Positions 35,794 to 48,822 are shown, counted from the whole stretch's first letter. The stretch is DNA of 63,059 bases, filler included, from Circinaria calcarea (GCA_051942165.1; 51 parts of 51 records of this genome joined end to end with filler, not necessarily neighbours in it), one strand, 5' to 3'. Numbers and translations are program-made. The notes: a model not told the origin generated them from the sequence alone.

Positions 35794-37316
35794 TCTGCAA
35801 ATTGGTGAGTCTGGTATATTGGGTCTCGCTTAGCGTGGTGTTCAGGTGGTTCATTAGGGAGCCTATCACAAATATAAGTAATGAGAATTGTAGCATTACA
35901 AATATGATTCCAGCTCGTCTAGGCCAAGATAATAAATATANNNNNNNNNNNNNNNNNNNNNNNNNNNNNNNNNNNNNNNNNNNNTTAATTAATTAANNNN
36001 NNNNNNNNNNNNNNNNNNNNNNNNNNNNNNNNNNNNNNNNCCACTCCGTTTCACCCCCAATCAGCCCCCAAAACTCTCTCTCTCTACCCACAAAGGCATC
36101 CCATTCCTCGGTTGTAGACCCTTCGTCCACCAGACTCTACCCTCCCCCCCTCTCTCGAACATTACCGCGAGGTTCCACCAGGCCCAAAAAGCAAAAGGCT
36201 ACCATGCAAATAGTACGACCGGTACAAGTGTGGAGCTTTTGTACCGTATCTTTCTTAGCAGGGCAGGGCAGGGCAGGGCTCCGCAACTGTACTGATAGTT
36301 GCGTGCATTGAACGGTGCAGGTCTAATCTCGCTAAATAGGGAGTAATTGTTGAACATGCAATATTTGTGGTGGCATTTATGCTATGTACGAGTGTGTATC
36401 TTCCTAAGCTATCTATGCAGCGAAAAAGTGCTTTTATGATGTGTGTGGAAGTGTTGAGCATGGACCTCCTATGCAACACATGCCTCGGTAAGCCCTATGA
36501 CTTCCAACAGTAATTGGCCTTCGTCCGTCGGTTTGGATGGGGGGGGGGGGCATCTAAAGCCCAGGGTTTAAAAGAGGGCGAGGGAGATGCTCTATAAGGC
36601 TGTATGTAGGGCTAGACTATCGGTGTGCAGCATGCACTGTACTCCGTACTGGGCAAGTGCAGCCCGTTTGTACCGATAGAACGGGGCTTGGCAGTGCGCA
36701 ACTGTACGGTACACCGCCGATACATACTCTACCGGTAGTACTGTTGGAGGGCCTTGCCGAAAAAGCGGATCCCAACCAGCTCCCCTGCATCTCTCCCCAC
36801 ACTTGCCGTTGCCATCAAACCCATCATCATACCCCAAACCCACCCCGGAAAGTCTCGAGATGACTCGGTAGAACTAGGTACCCGACGGAAGCAAACAAAA
36901 AAAGGGGCTCCCGAAACCCCATTCTGCAGTTCTTTTTCTTTTTCCTTTTGCTTTTGGGAAAACCAGCCTACTCAGGGGTAAAAAAATCTTTGAAAACCTC
37001 ATTCATGCCTTAACGCTCGCGCCAGAAAAGGGAATTCAAAATTCCAGAGCTACACTTGTAAATAAAAACCCAGGAAAAGGAGGGTGATTCGAAGCTAAGT
37101 ACGTTGTAGCTTTCCCGGTTCAGGAACGTAGGTGGTGGTGGGTGGGTGTAGTATATACACTTTACCCCCCGCCCCCCCCNNNNNNNNNNNNNNNNNNNNN
37201 NNNNNNNNNNNNNNNNNNNNNNNTTAATTAATTAANNNNNNNNNNNNNNNNNNNNNNNNNNNNNNNNNNNNNNNNNNNNAAAGCTGTGCGCCCGCTGTCG
37301 TTTGCTTGTCCGTCTC

Positions 37317-37648
37317 TTATCTACGGCGAATCACACGATGCTCTGTCCAGATGGTTGGGCGTGTTTTGCTCATTTGACTGGTGGGTCATTGCAAGGTTCC
37401 TCGGATCTAGCTTCTTCAAGTCGAGATCCTTATCAGCAGCACCTTAGGGCTGGCTCTCATCTGGCAGCACCGTCAACCAGTTCCGCGGGCGGCCGATCCG
37501 ATCCTTCTTCTCTTTATCGATGCTGCTCTAGGCCGTTTGCCCAGACCCGGTTGCGTCTGGGTGAAGATTGGCCGGTACGGGAGCCGTTCAGTTGTCGTCT
37601 TGCTCCTCCGAGGACTCCGAGGACTGATTGGGACAATTTCAATATAAC
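37317..37648 (+). promoter_or_regulatory. niaD promoter with tandem NirA-type sites and AreA-type GATA sites
   Basis: CTCCGAGG at 37606-37613 and 37615-37622 (NirA consensus CTCCGHGG); HGATAA on minus strand at 37317, 37430, 37514; TATA-like AATATAA near 37641. Confidence 0.75.
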
Positions 37649-37820
37649 CTGGTACCACATCGTGATGCGGCACTCTCATTATATGCTCGCCTCTGGCCTG
37701 TTTCCTTTGCCTACCAAGCTTCCGGTATACCCCTCTATACCTATCCAGACATTCTTTCCCTGCAATTGATCCCGTGCGCTTTTCCACAGCAAATTCTGGT
37801 AATACATAAGTCTGTCAGAA

Positions 37821-38418
37821 ATGGAAGATCCACCGGTGCAAGACAAACGCTCAAAGGAGTTGCTCGAGAAGTTCGAAAATCCCAATGTCTTACCTCCTTC
37901 GCCTCCACGGACAGAAAGTAGTGTATCGGATGAAGGCCTTGATTTCCCCTTACCTCCACATTCCACCGAACCTAGCAAAGTCCTTGCCGTAGACAATAAC
38001 ACGCCAGACTCACATGTACCTCGTGATCCGCGGTTAATTCGACTCACGGGCGTCCACCCGTTCAATGTTGAGGCTCCCTTGTCGGAACTGTTCAATGAAG
38101 GATTCTTGACGAGTCCTGAGCTATTTTATGTAAGGAATCACGGTGCCGTCCCGAGGGTGGAAGATGCAGAGATCCAGGACTGGGAGTTTAGTGTCGAAGG
38201 GTAATATCAGCTCCATACCTCATGAAAATGCCGTGGGTTAACAATTGACCGTCAGACTCGTCGAGGAACCCATAACCCTCACATTACGCCAACTCATATC
38301 GCAGTACGAGCAGGTAACATTACCTGTCACGCTAGTCTGCGCTGGAAATCGACGAAAGGAGCAAAATCAAGTTCGAAAGAGCAAGGGCTTCTCCTGGGGC
38401 GCGGCAGGTGTTTCAACT
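37821..38418 (+). CDS. niaD: Nitrate reductase, N-terminal Moco domain fragment; one intron ~38201-38256
   Basis: TPDSHVPRDPRLIRLTGVHPFNVEAPL, FYVRNHGAVP, TLVCAGNRRKEQN, KGFSWGAAGVST. Confidence 0.97.
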
Positions 38419-38518
38419 NNNNNNNNNNNNNNNNNNNNNNNNNNNNNNNNNNNNNNNNNNNNTTAATTAATTAANNNNNNNNNNNNNNNNNNNNNNNNNN
38501 NNNNNNNNNNNNNNNNNN

Positions 38519-39320
38519 CCTATATTGCCCGTAGCCTCTGCCAATTCTCTTCCTCTTTCATTCTATACCACTATTTGCCCATTCCACCTCTGTATACCCC
38601 CCTAAACTCCACCCCCAAGCCTCCGGAAAGCCCGTCGTCATGTCGTATACGGAATTCAAAGTCGGAAGGATATTCGAGTCGATGGACGAAGGCAAGCCGA
38701 GGCCCTTCGCTACGTCGTAAGCCGGGGTAAATCGTGGTGGGTCCAGAAAAGCTAGAAGCGGAAGTTCGTTGTTATCTGTACTTTAGGTGCCAATATATAC
38801 CCTTTTCGTATTAAAATCAACCCGCAGAAAGGAAAAAGAAAACCGACCACGGACTAAATACCAATTTACTAGATAATCCGGAGCCTGATCCAGTAAAAAA
38901 GGTCAGGGTGGAGAGTTCGAAGGCGGGGGCAAAGGCGAGGGCAGCCAGTAAACAGAAAGGCGGGGCGAAGGAAGCTAAAGGGGCAGAGTCAAGCAAAGCG
39001 ACGTTGACGATGTCAAAGAGACGTCCAGGGGCGGAATCTATGACAGCGTTAGCTAAATCACCAAGAAAGAAGAAAGGGAAGCAGAAAGCGTAGCGTAGAT
39101 ATCTTATAGAATGCAGCGCATTCAATCAGAAGCTTAGATTCATGTATATAAGCTTGATAAATAGCTATTATATAGTAAAGAATTAAACATTACATATAGG
39201 GGCATTCTAGAAAGGAATAATAGTCATTAAAAATATAAATTTCGTAGGGGGGTATTCTAGAAAGAGGGGAGGGTGTTCGGGAAAAAAATCAACTTTAGGG
39301 GGGTATTTTAAAGATTATCC
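38519..39320 (+). mobile_element. Internally deleted Mutator-like (MULE) element with right TIR
   Basis: From 38640, degenerate MuDR N-terminal domain (FKVGRIFESMDEGK/AEALRYVVSRGKSWWVQKS*KRKFVVIC...PFRI) fused to a basic tail; terminus reads GGATAATCTTTAAAATACCCCCC on the minus strand. Confidence 0.65.
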
Positions 39321-39412
39321 GTAGTTAGTACCCTCGGCACCCCGCCCAAATCATTCCATGGAAGACGGAGATTTCGACCTCTCTAATATTTACAATATCG
39401 ACAGCTGCAGTA

Positions 39413-39613
39413 ATGCCTTGGTCCGAGTCACAGAGTCTGATATCGAACCTCCTGGGACCATCCCCCCTTGCAATCGTAACTACTCTGGTCCTTGCGCTAT
39501 CGATACCGCTGCTCCTCCACCTTCTCATCTATCGCTCGACGTCAACGACATCTCTACCTTCATTCCTTCTGGTCGGGCCAAGCGGCTCGGGGAAAACTTC
39601 GCTCTTGACCCTA
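39413..39613 (+). CDS. SRP102: Signal recognition particle receptor beta subunit, first exon
   Basis: N-terminal TM helix, then FLLVGPSGSGKTSLLT P-loop; GTATGT donor at 39614. Confidence 0.85.
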
Positions 39614-39755
39614 GTATGTAAATATGCGTCTAGAGGTCCTTCATGAAGGTCGCTGNNNNNNNNNNNNNNNNNNNNNNNNNNNNNNNNNNNNNNNNNNNNT
39701 TAATTAATTAANNNNNNNNNNNNNNNNNNNNNNNNNNNNNNNNNNNNNNNNNNNN

Positions 39756-40214
39756 AAAGCCAATACCCACGATGTGCGTAAAGCGCTACAGAAGGAACGC
39801 AAAGCCGAAATACTCGCGCGTGAAGCCATCGCGCGTGGAGAAGCGGTCGCGAACCCCTTTGCTCGCGTGAAGACTCGAGCCAAGACCCACCACGATAGCA
39901 AGGAAATGCTGGCTCCTCGCAAGCTGTACAAGAACCCCGATGACCTTTTCGAGGGCAGCAGTCGCGATGTCAGCCGCGCCGGAACCCCTGCTAGTACTGC
40001 CGCTGCTGGAACCAACACCCCGAAGAAGACCCCGTTGGGTACACTGATGAAGAGCGGTGTCATTATCCCGGATCTGTCTAGTATTCCGGTGGAGAGGAGG
40101 GGCAGCGCGGAGATTGGGAAGACGGAGAAGGTAGTGTTCCCGATCATTCGGACTCGTGCCTTGGATGACGATTTGATGGCTGCGATTGACATGGGGATTG
40201 ATATCGAGATTTAA
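39756..40214 (+). CDS. RTF1: Paf1 complex subunit Rtf1, C-terminal fragment
   Basis: AIARGEAVANPFARVKTRAKTHHD and DDDLMAAIDMGIDIEI*. Confidence 0.8.
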   Translation, partial: KANTHDVRKALQKERKAEILAREAIARGEAVANPFARVKTRAKTHHDSKEMLAPRKLYKNPDDLFEGSSRDVSRAGTPASTAAAGTNTPKKTPLGTLMKSGVIIPDLSSIPVERRGSAEIGKTEKVVFPIIRTRALDDDLMAAIDMGIDIEI

Positions 40215-41907
40215 GGGAATGGAGAGACGAAGGGATGGAACTGAGAAATTGCAGATGACGAAGGGATGGATTTGCGATATTGGAGCGATTGGAGACGACA
40301 AAGGGATAGCAATTCTGAGCGGGGCTGCGAGATGGAGATTGAGATTGCAGATGAGCATTCCTTTGACGGTGTGGATATTGATGGATGAGAGAGGGGCTCC
40401 TGAAACCCAGAATAGCGTCTGTTCTCGTCTCGTTCCCTTTGCATGCCTCCATAGCTTCCTTGTCCCTTTTTGCCCTTGTCGTTTTAGCCCCCTCCCAACA
40501 AATCCAAAAAAATCACTCGGCATGAAATCTGCAACTGCAACTGCACTTGACCTTGACCTTGCCTTTTCCCAAGGAAACCCGATCTATCCAAGCTTCCCTC
40601 CCTTTTTGTTGCTGTGTTGTGCCGGGGGGGAGGAAGGGGGGATTTTTTTGCAGAAAAAACTGCGACGTTAAACGGAGAGCAGAGTAGAGCAGAAAGCAGA
40701 GGGGATTTGCCCCATCACCCCCCGTCTTCCTCCCCTCTCTTGGAGTCTTGGAATGAAAGATGGGGTGAAAAGATGGATGGGAGATGGGAAGCACGTTGCG
40801 CCATTTTTTTTTTTCTTTGTGAGGGGGAGGGGGTTGAGAGATTCGAAAGGGGAGTGGGCGTTGTTGGCAAAGGTCGATTTTCGTAGGGAGGGNNNNNNNN
40901 NNNNNNNNNNNNNNNNNNNNNNNNNNNNNNNNNNNNTTAATTAATTAANNNNNNNNNNNNNNNNNNNNNNNNNNNNNNNNNNNNNNNNNNNNGCTACACC
41001 ATTGTTCCGCGAAGTTCCCAGGTTGGGGGCGGTGCTTATGCAAGGCCGTTGGGAGCGAGTGGTGATGACGCTTTCAGAAGGATGAAGGCAAGGCACATGA
41101 CCCAGATGGGTAAAGGGCCGAAGAGGTGAAAAGGGTGGGGAGTGGTGGCTTGGTTGCTTGGTGGAAAGCTCGAGATGGTTACTCCGTGTTCTCAGATTGC
41201 GTCGGAGAGAACTTTCGGAATACCTGCACCTGGCCTGGAAGCAGTCCACACTGATCGAGAAGGGAGGTTATGATCTTACTGGCATCTTATCGATGCATGT
41301 GTTTGGTTCTCGAGGTAGTCTACCACCCCCATCTTGATGATCCTAAGGTCATCTATCGGTGGTTCGAGTTTCTAGATAGCTTCCTAACCATCCAATATCA
41401 TGCAATCAGTTCAGATTCAGTTTGTAGTGCAAAACAAATAGAAGCACCAGCACATTTATATCGAAACCGGGTTTATAGGACATCGATTTTCCCTTCGGTA
41501 ATAAGAGTCGCTCAAGATGAGCTCACCCACACCGCCTCCGTCGGATTTCTCATGTTTTACTGCGCTACGCCCTCAACGTCTAGGCATCCAGCCGGGGATT
41601 GTACTTCCTAATAAGACTATCTGCTCGGATTTAGACAACAACTTCAAGCAATAGGAGCGAGCGAAATGGGAATAGTTTCCACATTTTCCCTGATAATGGC
41701 TTAACCCCTAATCTCCAGGTTGATCTAGACGGCAGACCCTGCTTTTCCGTTTGAACCACCAGACCACAAAACCGTCATAGCGATGACGTCGAAGGAAACC
41801 TTTGGAGAGCCCGTTCAAACAATGTCACGACAATATCGCCAGCCAGAATCATTCTTAACCTCCCCTCCCGTCACAATCTCGCAACGTTGCCTGAGAAAGC
41901 TCTCAAC

Positions 41908-42129
41908 ATGCCTGACAAAACACAGGAAGAAGAAGAAACGAAATCAAAGCAGGAGGCTTCAAAGAAGCCCAATGACAAGCAAGACCTTACCACCATCCTC
42001 TCCGACTCGCAATGCGCCGACTTTACTCTCCTTGTCGCCACAATTACAGAGCGCATGCGAAAGGCTATCCTGATCAATTTCGATCCCAGCGCGACATTGA
42101 ACAAGGACCTCCTTGGAGACTCGAATAAA
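41908..42129 (+). CDS. Probable DUF726-family protein, N-terminal fragment
   Basis: QDLTTILSDSQCADFTLLVATITERMR...FD resembles N-termini of fungal DUF726 proteins. Confidence 0.5.
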
Positions 42130-44699
42130 NNNNNNNNNNNNNNNNNNNNNNNNNNNNNNNNNNNNNNNNNNNNTTAATTAATTAANNNNNNNNNNNNNNN
42201 NNNNNNNNNNNNNNNNNNNNNNNNNNNNNCCCCCTCCCTTTCTTCCCCCCCTCCTCTTATCATCCCTACACGATAAGGACAACGACAAAGTCCATCCCGT
42301 CCCTGAGACCCTGATATTAAAAGCCCAAGCCATTATACAGCATACAGCAAAATTTCCTTTCCTTTCCCACTAGTATAGTATATTCCTGATCCTGGGTACC
42401 TGGTACCTAGTTTTTAGTTTTTCCCATTCATTCAAAAGGACAGGACAGGACGTAAGTGGAAGGAAGGAAGGAAGGAAGGAAGAATCGGGGTCTTGGGCTT
42501 TGAGAGAAAAGGGGGGGGGAGGTTTTCTGCCGTGTAAGGAGTGAGGACGAGGGAGGAGGAGGAAGGAAGGAAAACACCCAGGTTTGCCGATTGCGATGGC
42601 GAAGTTGGAAATTTGGAAATTTGGCGGAACACGAGTGAGTCGTGCGCCGCTCCAGCGCTCCGCGGCGCAAAAGGGAAGGGAAAGAAGACGGGGGGGGTTT
42701 TTTTGATGAAATCTAGGTTTTCTTTTCCCGCAAACAAACAGACAAACAAAGTCCAGCGGGTTCCTTGCAGCGTCTTCATTCATTCGCCCCTATCTCCCGT
42801 AGCAAGCAAGCAAGGATGGAACCGCTGCTCCCCCTCCCCCTCCTTCCCCTTCCCTCGGTTTGCTAAGGTTTGCTAAGGTTGGGGTTTCTCGGGCGGCCAG
42901 AAGTGCAAAAGCTGCCGTAAGTTCTTTGATTGACTTAACCTATCTGTGACACACACGTAAGCCATCGTAGAAAAGGGGCGTTTGAACCTGCCGCGACGGG
43001 GCTTGCTCTCCATGTTTTTTTGTTTTTTTTTTTCGCTGCCCAGAGGAAGGAGATCTAAAATCTTGCCGAGTTGGAGGGAGGGACGCTTTTTGCTCGGAAT
43101 CAGGTCGGGACTCCACTCCTTTCGATTGCTTTCTTGAGGAACTTGGGCGGAAATCAAGAGGGGGGGGGGGGAGTGGTTTCGAAAGGAGTGGTTTCGAAAG
43201 GAGTGGTTTGACTGATTTGCCGAAAAGGAATTCAGTTGGACGTACAGTATCAAGAAATCTGTAGCAGAGGCTACATACAGGTCAGTGCGGTGGTTTATTG
43301 ATTGGGAGGAGGAAGCTATGATGACGAGTGAGTGTACTGGACGTTTGGAATAGAGGTTGCAAGTNNNNNNNNNNNNNNNNNNNNNNNNNNNNNNNNNNNN
43401 NNNNNNNNTTAATTAATTAANNNNNNNNNNNNNNNNNNNNNNNNNNNNNNNNNNNNNNNNNNNNACACTCGGCCTCTCATTCGGCGTTGTATTCTCAGTT
43501 CTACTCTTCAAACGGAGAGCTTGGCCAGCATGGGTTGGATTAGGATTTGGAGCAGGCCGGGCATGGGAGGAAGCTGATGGTATCTACTGGTCATATGGTG
43601 TCTACATTCTACAGGCTAACATCTGAGTAGCGACGTTCAAGAGAGGAGGCTCCTTATCGTCAAGAGAAGGATTGAGACTAGTGCGGACATGATGGTCTGG
43701 GAAATGCATCACCGGGTTCGGGTCACTTGCTAGATTTCGGAGCGGGTATAGAAACCTGCAAGCAATTGTACATATTGTACAACACAAGAGAATTCAGGAT
43801 GCTGCGGCAGGCAGAGTGCCATCGTGATAAATGGCTAAGAGGCAAATTGGTCGCTTTCATATTGGTATAAATGGCGTATCCTAATAGCATTACATTCTCC
43901 AGCCGTCCGTTACAACCAGTGATTCCAGCTCTTTTCTACTTATGCTCGTTTCAAATCTGACGCTCGTTACTCTTCTGTATACGAATATCCTCTCATCCTT
44001 ACTCGTATTCAAATCCGGTCAGTCGCAGTCAGCAGCAAACTCGAAATCACCTAACTAGGGTACCTCAATAGCGAGGGGAGCACACTACCGTTGAATGAGA
44101 CTAGTATCTTTGTGATGTCGGAAAGCTTCCGCCGCATCGGCTACTAGAACACCATCAGCCTAATCTCCGTGGAGAGCAGGTTTGTATGACCCAGCTGTCA
44201 TCCCCTCCCATGCTGCCCATGAGCCATCGGAAGGATTGTGGGACGTCATTATCACTAGCAACTCCAAACATAACACCCCGGTCCATGCATCTTCTCTCAG
44301 AGCCCCTTTAGCCAAGGCAAAGGCCCAATCCAAGTGCCCCGGTTTCTACCGAATCGAAATTTTACAGAAAAAGTGAGTCAAGAGAAACCAAACCCCCCTG
44401 TCACCAAGACGATTTTTTTCCAAACCGGTCGAAATCTCGACACCGGCAAAGAAAATCCAATGTCAGAATGGCTGTCTGATCCGCCAAGTACTCTGTCTCT
44501 CTCTCTCTCTACATATTCAAAGCCCCTCCCAAATAATAAACCAAGTTTGTACCCGTTCATTCTCCTATCCATTCCATCCCCCCCCCAATCCTACTTCCCN
44601 NNNNNNNNNNNNNNNNNNNNNNNNNNNNNNNNNNNNNNNNNNNTTAATTAATTAANNNNNNNNNNNNNNNNNNNNNNNNNNNNNNNNNNNNNNNNNNNN

Positions 44700-45269
44700 C
44701 TCCCAACCCGAACGATCAAATTTGAAATCTGGGATACGGCCGGTCAAGAGCGCTTTGCCTCCCTCGCACCCATGTACTACCGTAACGCCCAATCCGCCCT
44801 CGTAGTCTACGATCTCACCAAACCGACCTCCCTTACCAAAGCCAAGCACTGGGTCGCCGAGCTCCAACGGCAAGCCAGCCCGGGGATCGTCATCGCTCTG
44901 GTGGGAAACAAGCTGGATTTGACCGCATCGGGTGAAGGCGGGCAAGAAGATTCCGCACCCGCGGCAGACGACTCGGCCGTGGATGTCGGGGAGGGAGAAG
45001 GCGATGCGAGAAAGGTGACGACCAAGGAAGCGAGGGATTACGCCGAGGAGGAGGGACTCTTGTTCTTTGAGACGAGCGCGAAGACGGGCGCGAATGTGCA
45101 AGAGGTGTTTACCGCCATTGCGAATGCCATTCCGGAAACGCAATTGAAGAACGCGAGGGGTCCGGGTGCGGTGGGCGGAAGTGGACCGGGCACGGCGAGG
45201 GGGGATGAGGGAAGGGTCAATCTGACGGGACCGAGTACGGCGGGTGCAAAGGAAGGGTGTGCTTGCTGA
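44700..45269 (+). CDS. VPS21: Rab5-family GTPase (Vps21/RabA), partial
   Basis: [38 protein letters not shown]-terminal CAC prenylation motif. Confidence 0.94.
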   Translation, partial: LPTRTIKFEIWDTAGQERFASLAPMYYRNAQSALVVYDLTKPTSLTKAKHWVAELQRQASPGIVIALVGNKLDLTASGEGGQEDSAPAADDSAVDVGEGEGDARKVTTKEARDYAEEEGLLFFETSAKTGANVQEVFTAIANAIPETQLKNARGPGAVGGSGPGTARGDEGRVNLTGPSTAGAKEGCAC

Positions 45270-45936
45270 GAGGAGACATTGAAGTGAATAGAATATGGTA
45301 GTTTCTCAGGCGTCCAATCGATTTCATTGGCTCAAGATCAATCACATGTAAACTGCCGGCAATGATGGGGAGCCCTAACCCTTATTGGCAGTACTAAAGG
45401 GCAAGTGGAGCCGGACGTCAACGGCCCCGGGAACTTGTTCATATGACGGCTCCAACCGCTGCGTTTCAGTGGGGAAGTCTAACGGGATTCCTCACTTCCA
45501 GAGGTATATGGCAGGGGCGATGTGATGTGCGTTGGGGGTAGTCACCCGAGGATTACCAAAATAGGCAGTATTTAGTAAGGCAATGTAATATGTGTTGGGG
45601 TGATCACCCGAGGACTCCCAGAATAGGTAATGTGGCCAACTCACTCATACCGGTATGACGGTAGATGCAGAACGATCCAGCAAATATATAATTATAATCC
45701 TCCCCCCTCGTATTCCTTTCCTCAAGCAACGAAGATGGTTCGCTTTTGTTACGTCTGCGGCTCTCGAGAGCACCTCTCGAATTTTCATCATGGCACCACC
45801 CTCCCCCCAGAACGCCCACCTCGCCGTCGCCGCCNNNNNNNNNNNNNNNNNNNNNNNNNNNNNNNNNNNNNNNNNNNNTTAATTAATTAANNNNNNNNNN
45901 NNNNNNNNNNNNNNNNNNNNNNNNNNNNNNNNNNAT

Positions 45937-46441
45937 AAAGGCACAAGTGATACGGATCTACTGCAGATTCTTCGGACGGTCGAAATAGAAGACATTGTTG
46001 ACCGTGTCGGAGGCTGGGATGCCGAAGAGGAATGGCGAGACGTCCTCTCTGGGGGTTTTCAACAACGCGTAGCGATGGCACGGCTATTCTATCACGCTCC
46101 CAAATATGCCATCTTGGACGAGTGCACCAGCAGCGTCACACTCGAAATCGAAAAGGCCATGTACGACAATGCAAAGGCACTGGGAATCACGCTGATGACA
46201 GTAAGTCACCGACGGAGTTTGTGGAAATATCATGACAATATCTTGCAATTTGATGGTCAAGGGAACTATATTTTTACCAAATTAGATGCGGAGAGGAGGC
46301 TAGAACTGGAAGAGTACGTCTGTCCTTTGTGCCCTCAATGTTGTGAGACTGACAAAGTAAAGTGAAAAAGAAGAGCTCGAGTTGCAGCTACGAGCTGTTC
46401 CGGAGGTCGAGCGGCGCATTGCGGAGTTGACTGCGTCATAG
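45937..46441 (+). CDS. Peroxisomal ABCD half-transporter (Pxa2-like), C-terminal fragment; intron 46314-46362
   Basis: [53 protein letters not shown]. Confidence 0.93.
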
Positions 46442-46966
46442 TCGCGGAAGGGGGAACTCGATTAATCATGTATCCCTTTTTACCTGAAGGTGACATACAA
46501 AGATACGAAGTCTGAAATGCTCTCCTCTGTTTCGAACACGCTTACTACCCTTTTGTATGCATACCGGGGGGAGGGTTACGGGTTGTAAAAGAATCCGTAC
46601 AATACTCCATCCAATAAGTCATCTGGAAAACAAAGCGTATACCATATCCTAAAACCCCAATATGTATGTATATGTTTATGGGAGTTTCAGCCCGAACCCC
46701 TCTACAATAAACAATGATTAGAGTACCTTCTTCGTAGATAAGCCCCGTTGCTTCGCTAGAAGCGTGATGCTTCCCAGACCGCGGCGCGTGAGGCAAGCGA
46801 GCGCTTTGTGTACGAAGGATCGGACTTGGAGAATCACCGCGTCCACTAGGCCCAACTTCAGCCAAAGCCCACTGTAGTAGAGAGAGGTCTTTCTCCTTGT
46901 CGCTTGTACTAATTCGGGGATAAGGACTAAAGAAAGTACTCATGTCCAGACCAAGTCTTTGCGAGT

Positions 46967-47069
46967 ATGGGGGAGCTCTCGGAATTTCAGATCGGCCAGA
47001 CGGTCGAGCTGCAAGATGGGAGAGCAGCGACAGTACGATATGTCGGTGAGACTCACTTTGCCCCTGGAG
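46967..47069 (+). CDS. CAP-Gly domain protein, likely dynactin p150 subunit, N-terminus
   Basis: MGELSEFQIGQTVELQDGRAATVRYVGETHFAPG. Confidence 0.78.
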
Positions 47070-47194
47070 NNNNNNNNNNNNNNNNNNNNNNNNNNNNNNN
47101 NNNNNNNNNNNNNTTAATTAATTAANNNNNNNNNNNNNNNNNNNNNNNNNNNNNNNNNNNNNNNNNNNNCCTTCCTCTCCTCCTAATACCTGCG

Positions 47195-48302
47195 ATGCCA
47201 TCTCCGCCCCAACTCCCGGAACCTGCACACCCAGAGACCCAGTCCATGTTGACGCGCAAGTTTGGCAAGGAAGTTGCCAACTACTTCTCTGGTAGATTTT
47301 CTCGACTTCAATGTCATATCGCTTCCCCTAGGGCTGATGTGCACCATCAGGCTCTCCCTTGAACCGCGTTGCTTTTCTCCGGACCGATCACTCCTTTCTC
47401 TCTGAAGCTCTAAAGCACGCCTCCACCTCTTTTCTCCTCCTCAACAACCTTGCGCCTCTTGGGCATGATCCCTCACGATTGGCCTACGTCTCGTATAAAG
47501 ATGTCCAGCCACTAATAGGCGAGAATCCGTATGCAGTCTCCGAGCAGGATTACATAGCCCAATACAATTCTACCGTTACCATCCCGCAACTACTCTTCCT
47601 TGGCCTCGATGAGCGCGAAAAAGATGGCTTCAGGTGGAATACATACCAAGGCTCCCCCTACTTTGCCTTGGACGTCACGCCAAAAGGCTCAATAGAATCT
47701 AAGGCCAATTCTGTCATTCAGGAAATGGAATCTCGGGGACTTGGGTTTATCGAAGGTAGAATGCACACGTCTCTCCCCGCCGCGGAAGCAGCAATCTTCG
47801 CCCAAGCTCGCGCGATTCTCGATTGGAACGCGCGAAATCCTTACTGCGGCCAGTGCGGACAGCCAACTCTATCCATCAACGCCGGCATGAAACGCACATG
47901 CCCTCCCGCAGACATGGCATGCCTCACAACTTCGATCGGGAGCACCACCCCCGCCACACCGACCGACCGACCCTCATGTGCCACAAGGGATGGGGTCTCA
48001 AACCTCTCTTTCCCGCGTACAGACCCCACCGTCATAATGGCCGTGGTCTCCTTTGACGGCAGCCGCGTTCTCCTCGGCCGCCAAAAGCGCTGGCCCGAGT
48101 TTTGGTACTCTACCTTAGCTGGCTTTATTGAACCGGGGGAGTCGGTAGAAGAAGCAGTTCGTCGAGAAGTGTGGGAGGAGTCGGGTGTCACCCTTGGGCG
48201 CGTGGTCATTCATTCGTCACAACCTTGGCCGTACCCCGCGAACCTAATGATAGGGGCCGTAGCGCAGACGATACCCAATGGGGAAGAGATAGTTCTGAAG
48301 CA
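47195..48302 (+). CDS. NPY1: NADH pyrophosphatase (Nudix), partial; intron 47292-47350
   Basis: NYFSGSPLNRVAFLR, DWNARNPYCGQCG, FPRTDPTVIMAV, Nudix box GFIEPGESVEEAVRREVWEESGV, SQPWPYP. Confidence 0.96.
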
Positions 48303-48403
48303 NNNNNNNNNNNNNNNNNNNNNNNNNNNNNNNNNNNNNNNNNNNNTTAATTAATTAANNNNNNNNNNNNNNNNNNNNNNNNNNNNNNNNNNNNNNNNNN
48401 NNC

Positions 48404-48822
48404 TCGATCAAGGAATGGTATCGGCAAGGTCGGGGCTTCAACAAGACTGCAATTCCTTTCCTTGTTGGTACAAAGTACGATCATTTTGTCAATTTTCCCA
48501 AGGAAGATCAAGAGGAGATATCTACACAAGTGAGCTTCTGCAAAAGTCCCTCAAATAAATCTCCTAGCTCACCCAAACAAGGCTCGACGATTCGCAAAGG
48601 CCATGCGTGCCAGTCTAATTTTCAGTAGTACAAGTCACAGCATTAATGTGCAAAAGGTGGCTCTCCCTCATTACTCTCTCTGCCACCTAGACCTCACCCG
48701 GTTTCTAACCCTCCATTCAGATCTTCAAGATTGTCCTCTCCAAAGCCTTTGACTTGAAATGCACCATCCCTGAAATCGAGAACATTGGCGAACCTCTTTT
48801 ACTTTACCAGTCGGTCGTATAA
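48404..48822 (+). CDS. spg1: Septation/mitotic-exit GTPase Spg1/Tem1, C-terminal exons; introns 48530-48581 and 48657-48720
   Basis: [26 protein letters not shown]...[44 protein letters not shown]; absent from the ORF track because the exons are short. Confidence 0.93.

Noticed and set aside
44000..44030. TTCAAATCC as a tRNA T-arm
   Set aside because: No GGTTC context, D-arm or acceptor stem could be built; I found no tRNA or rRNA gene in the window
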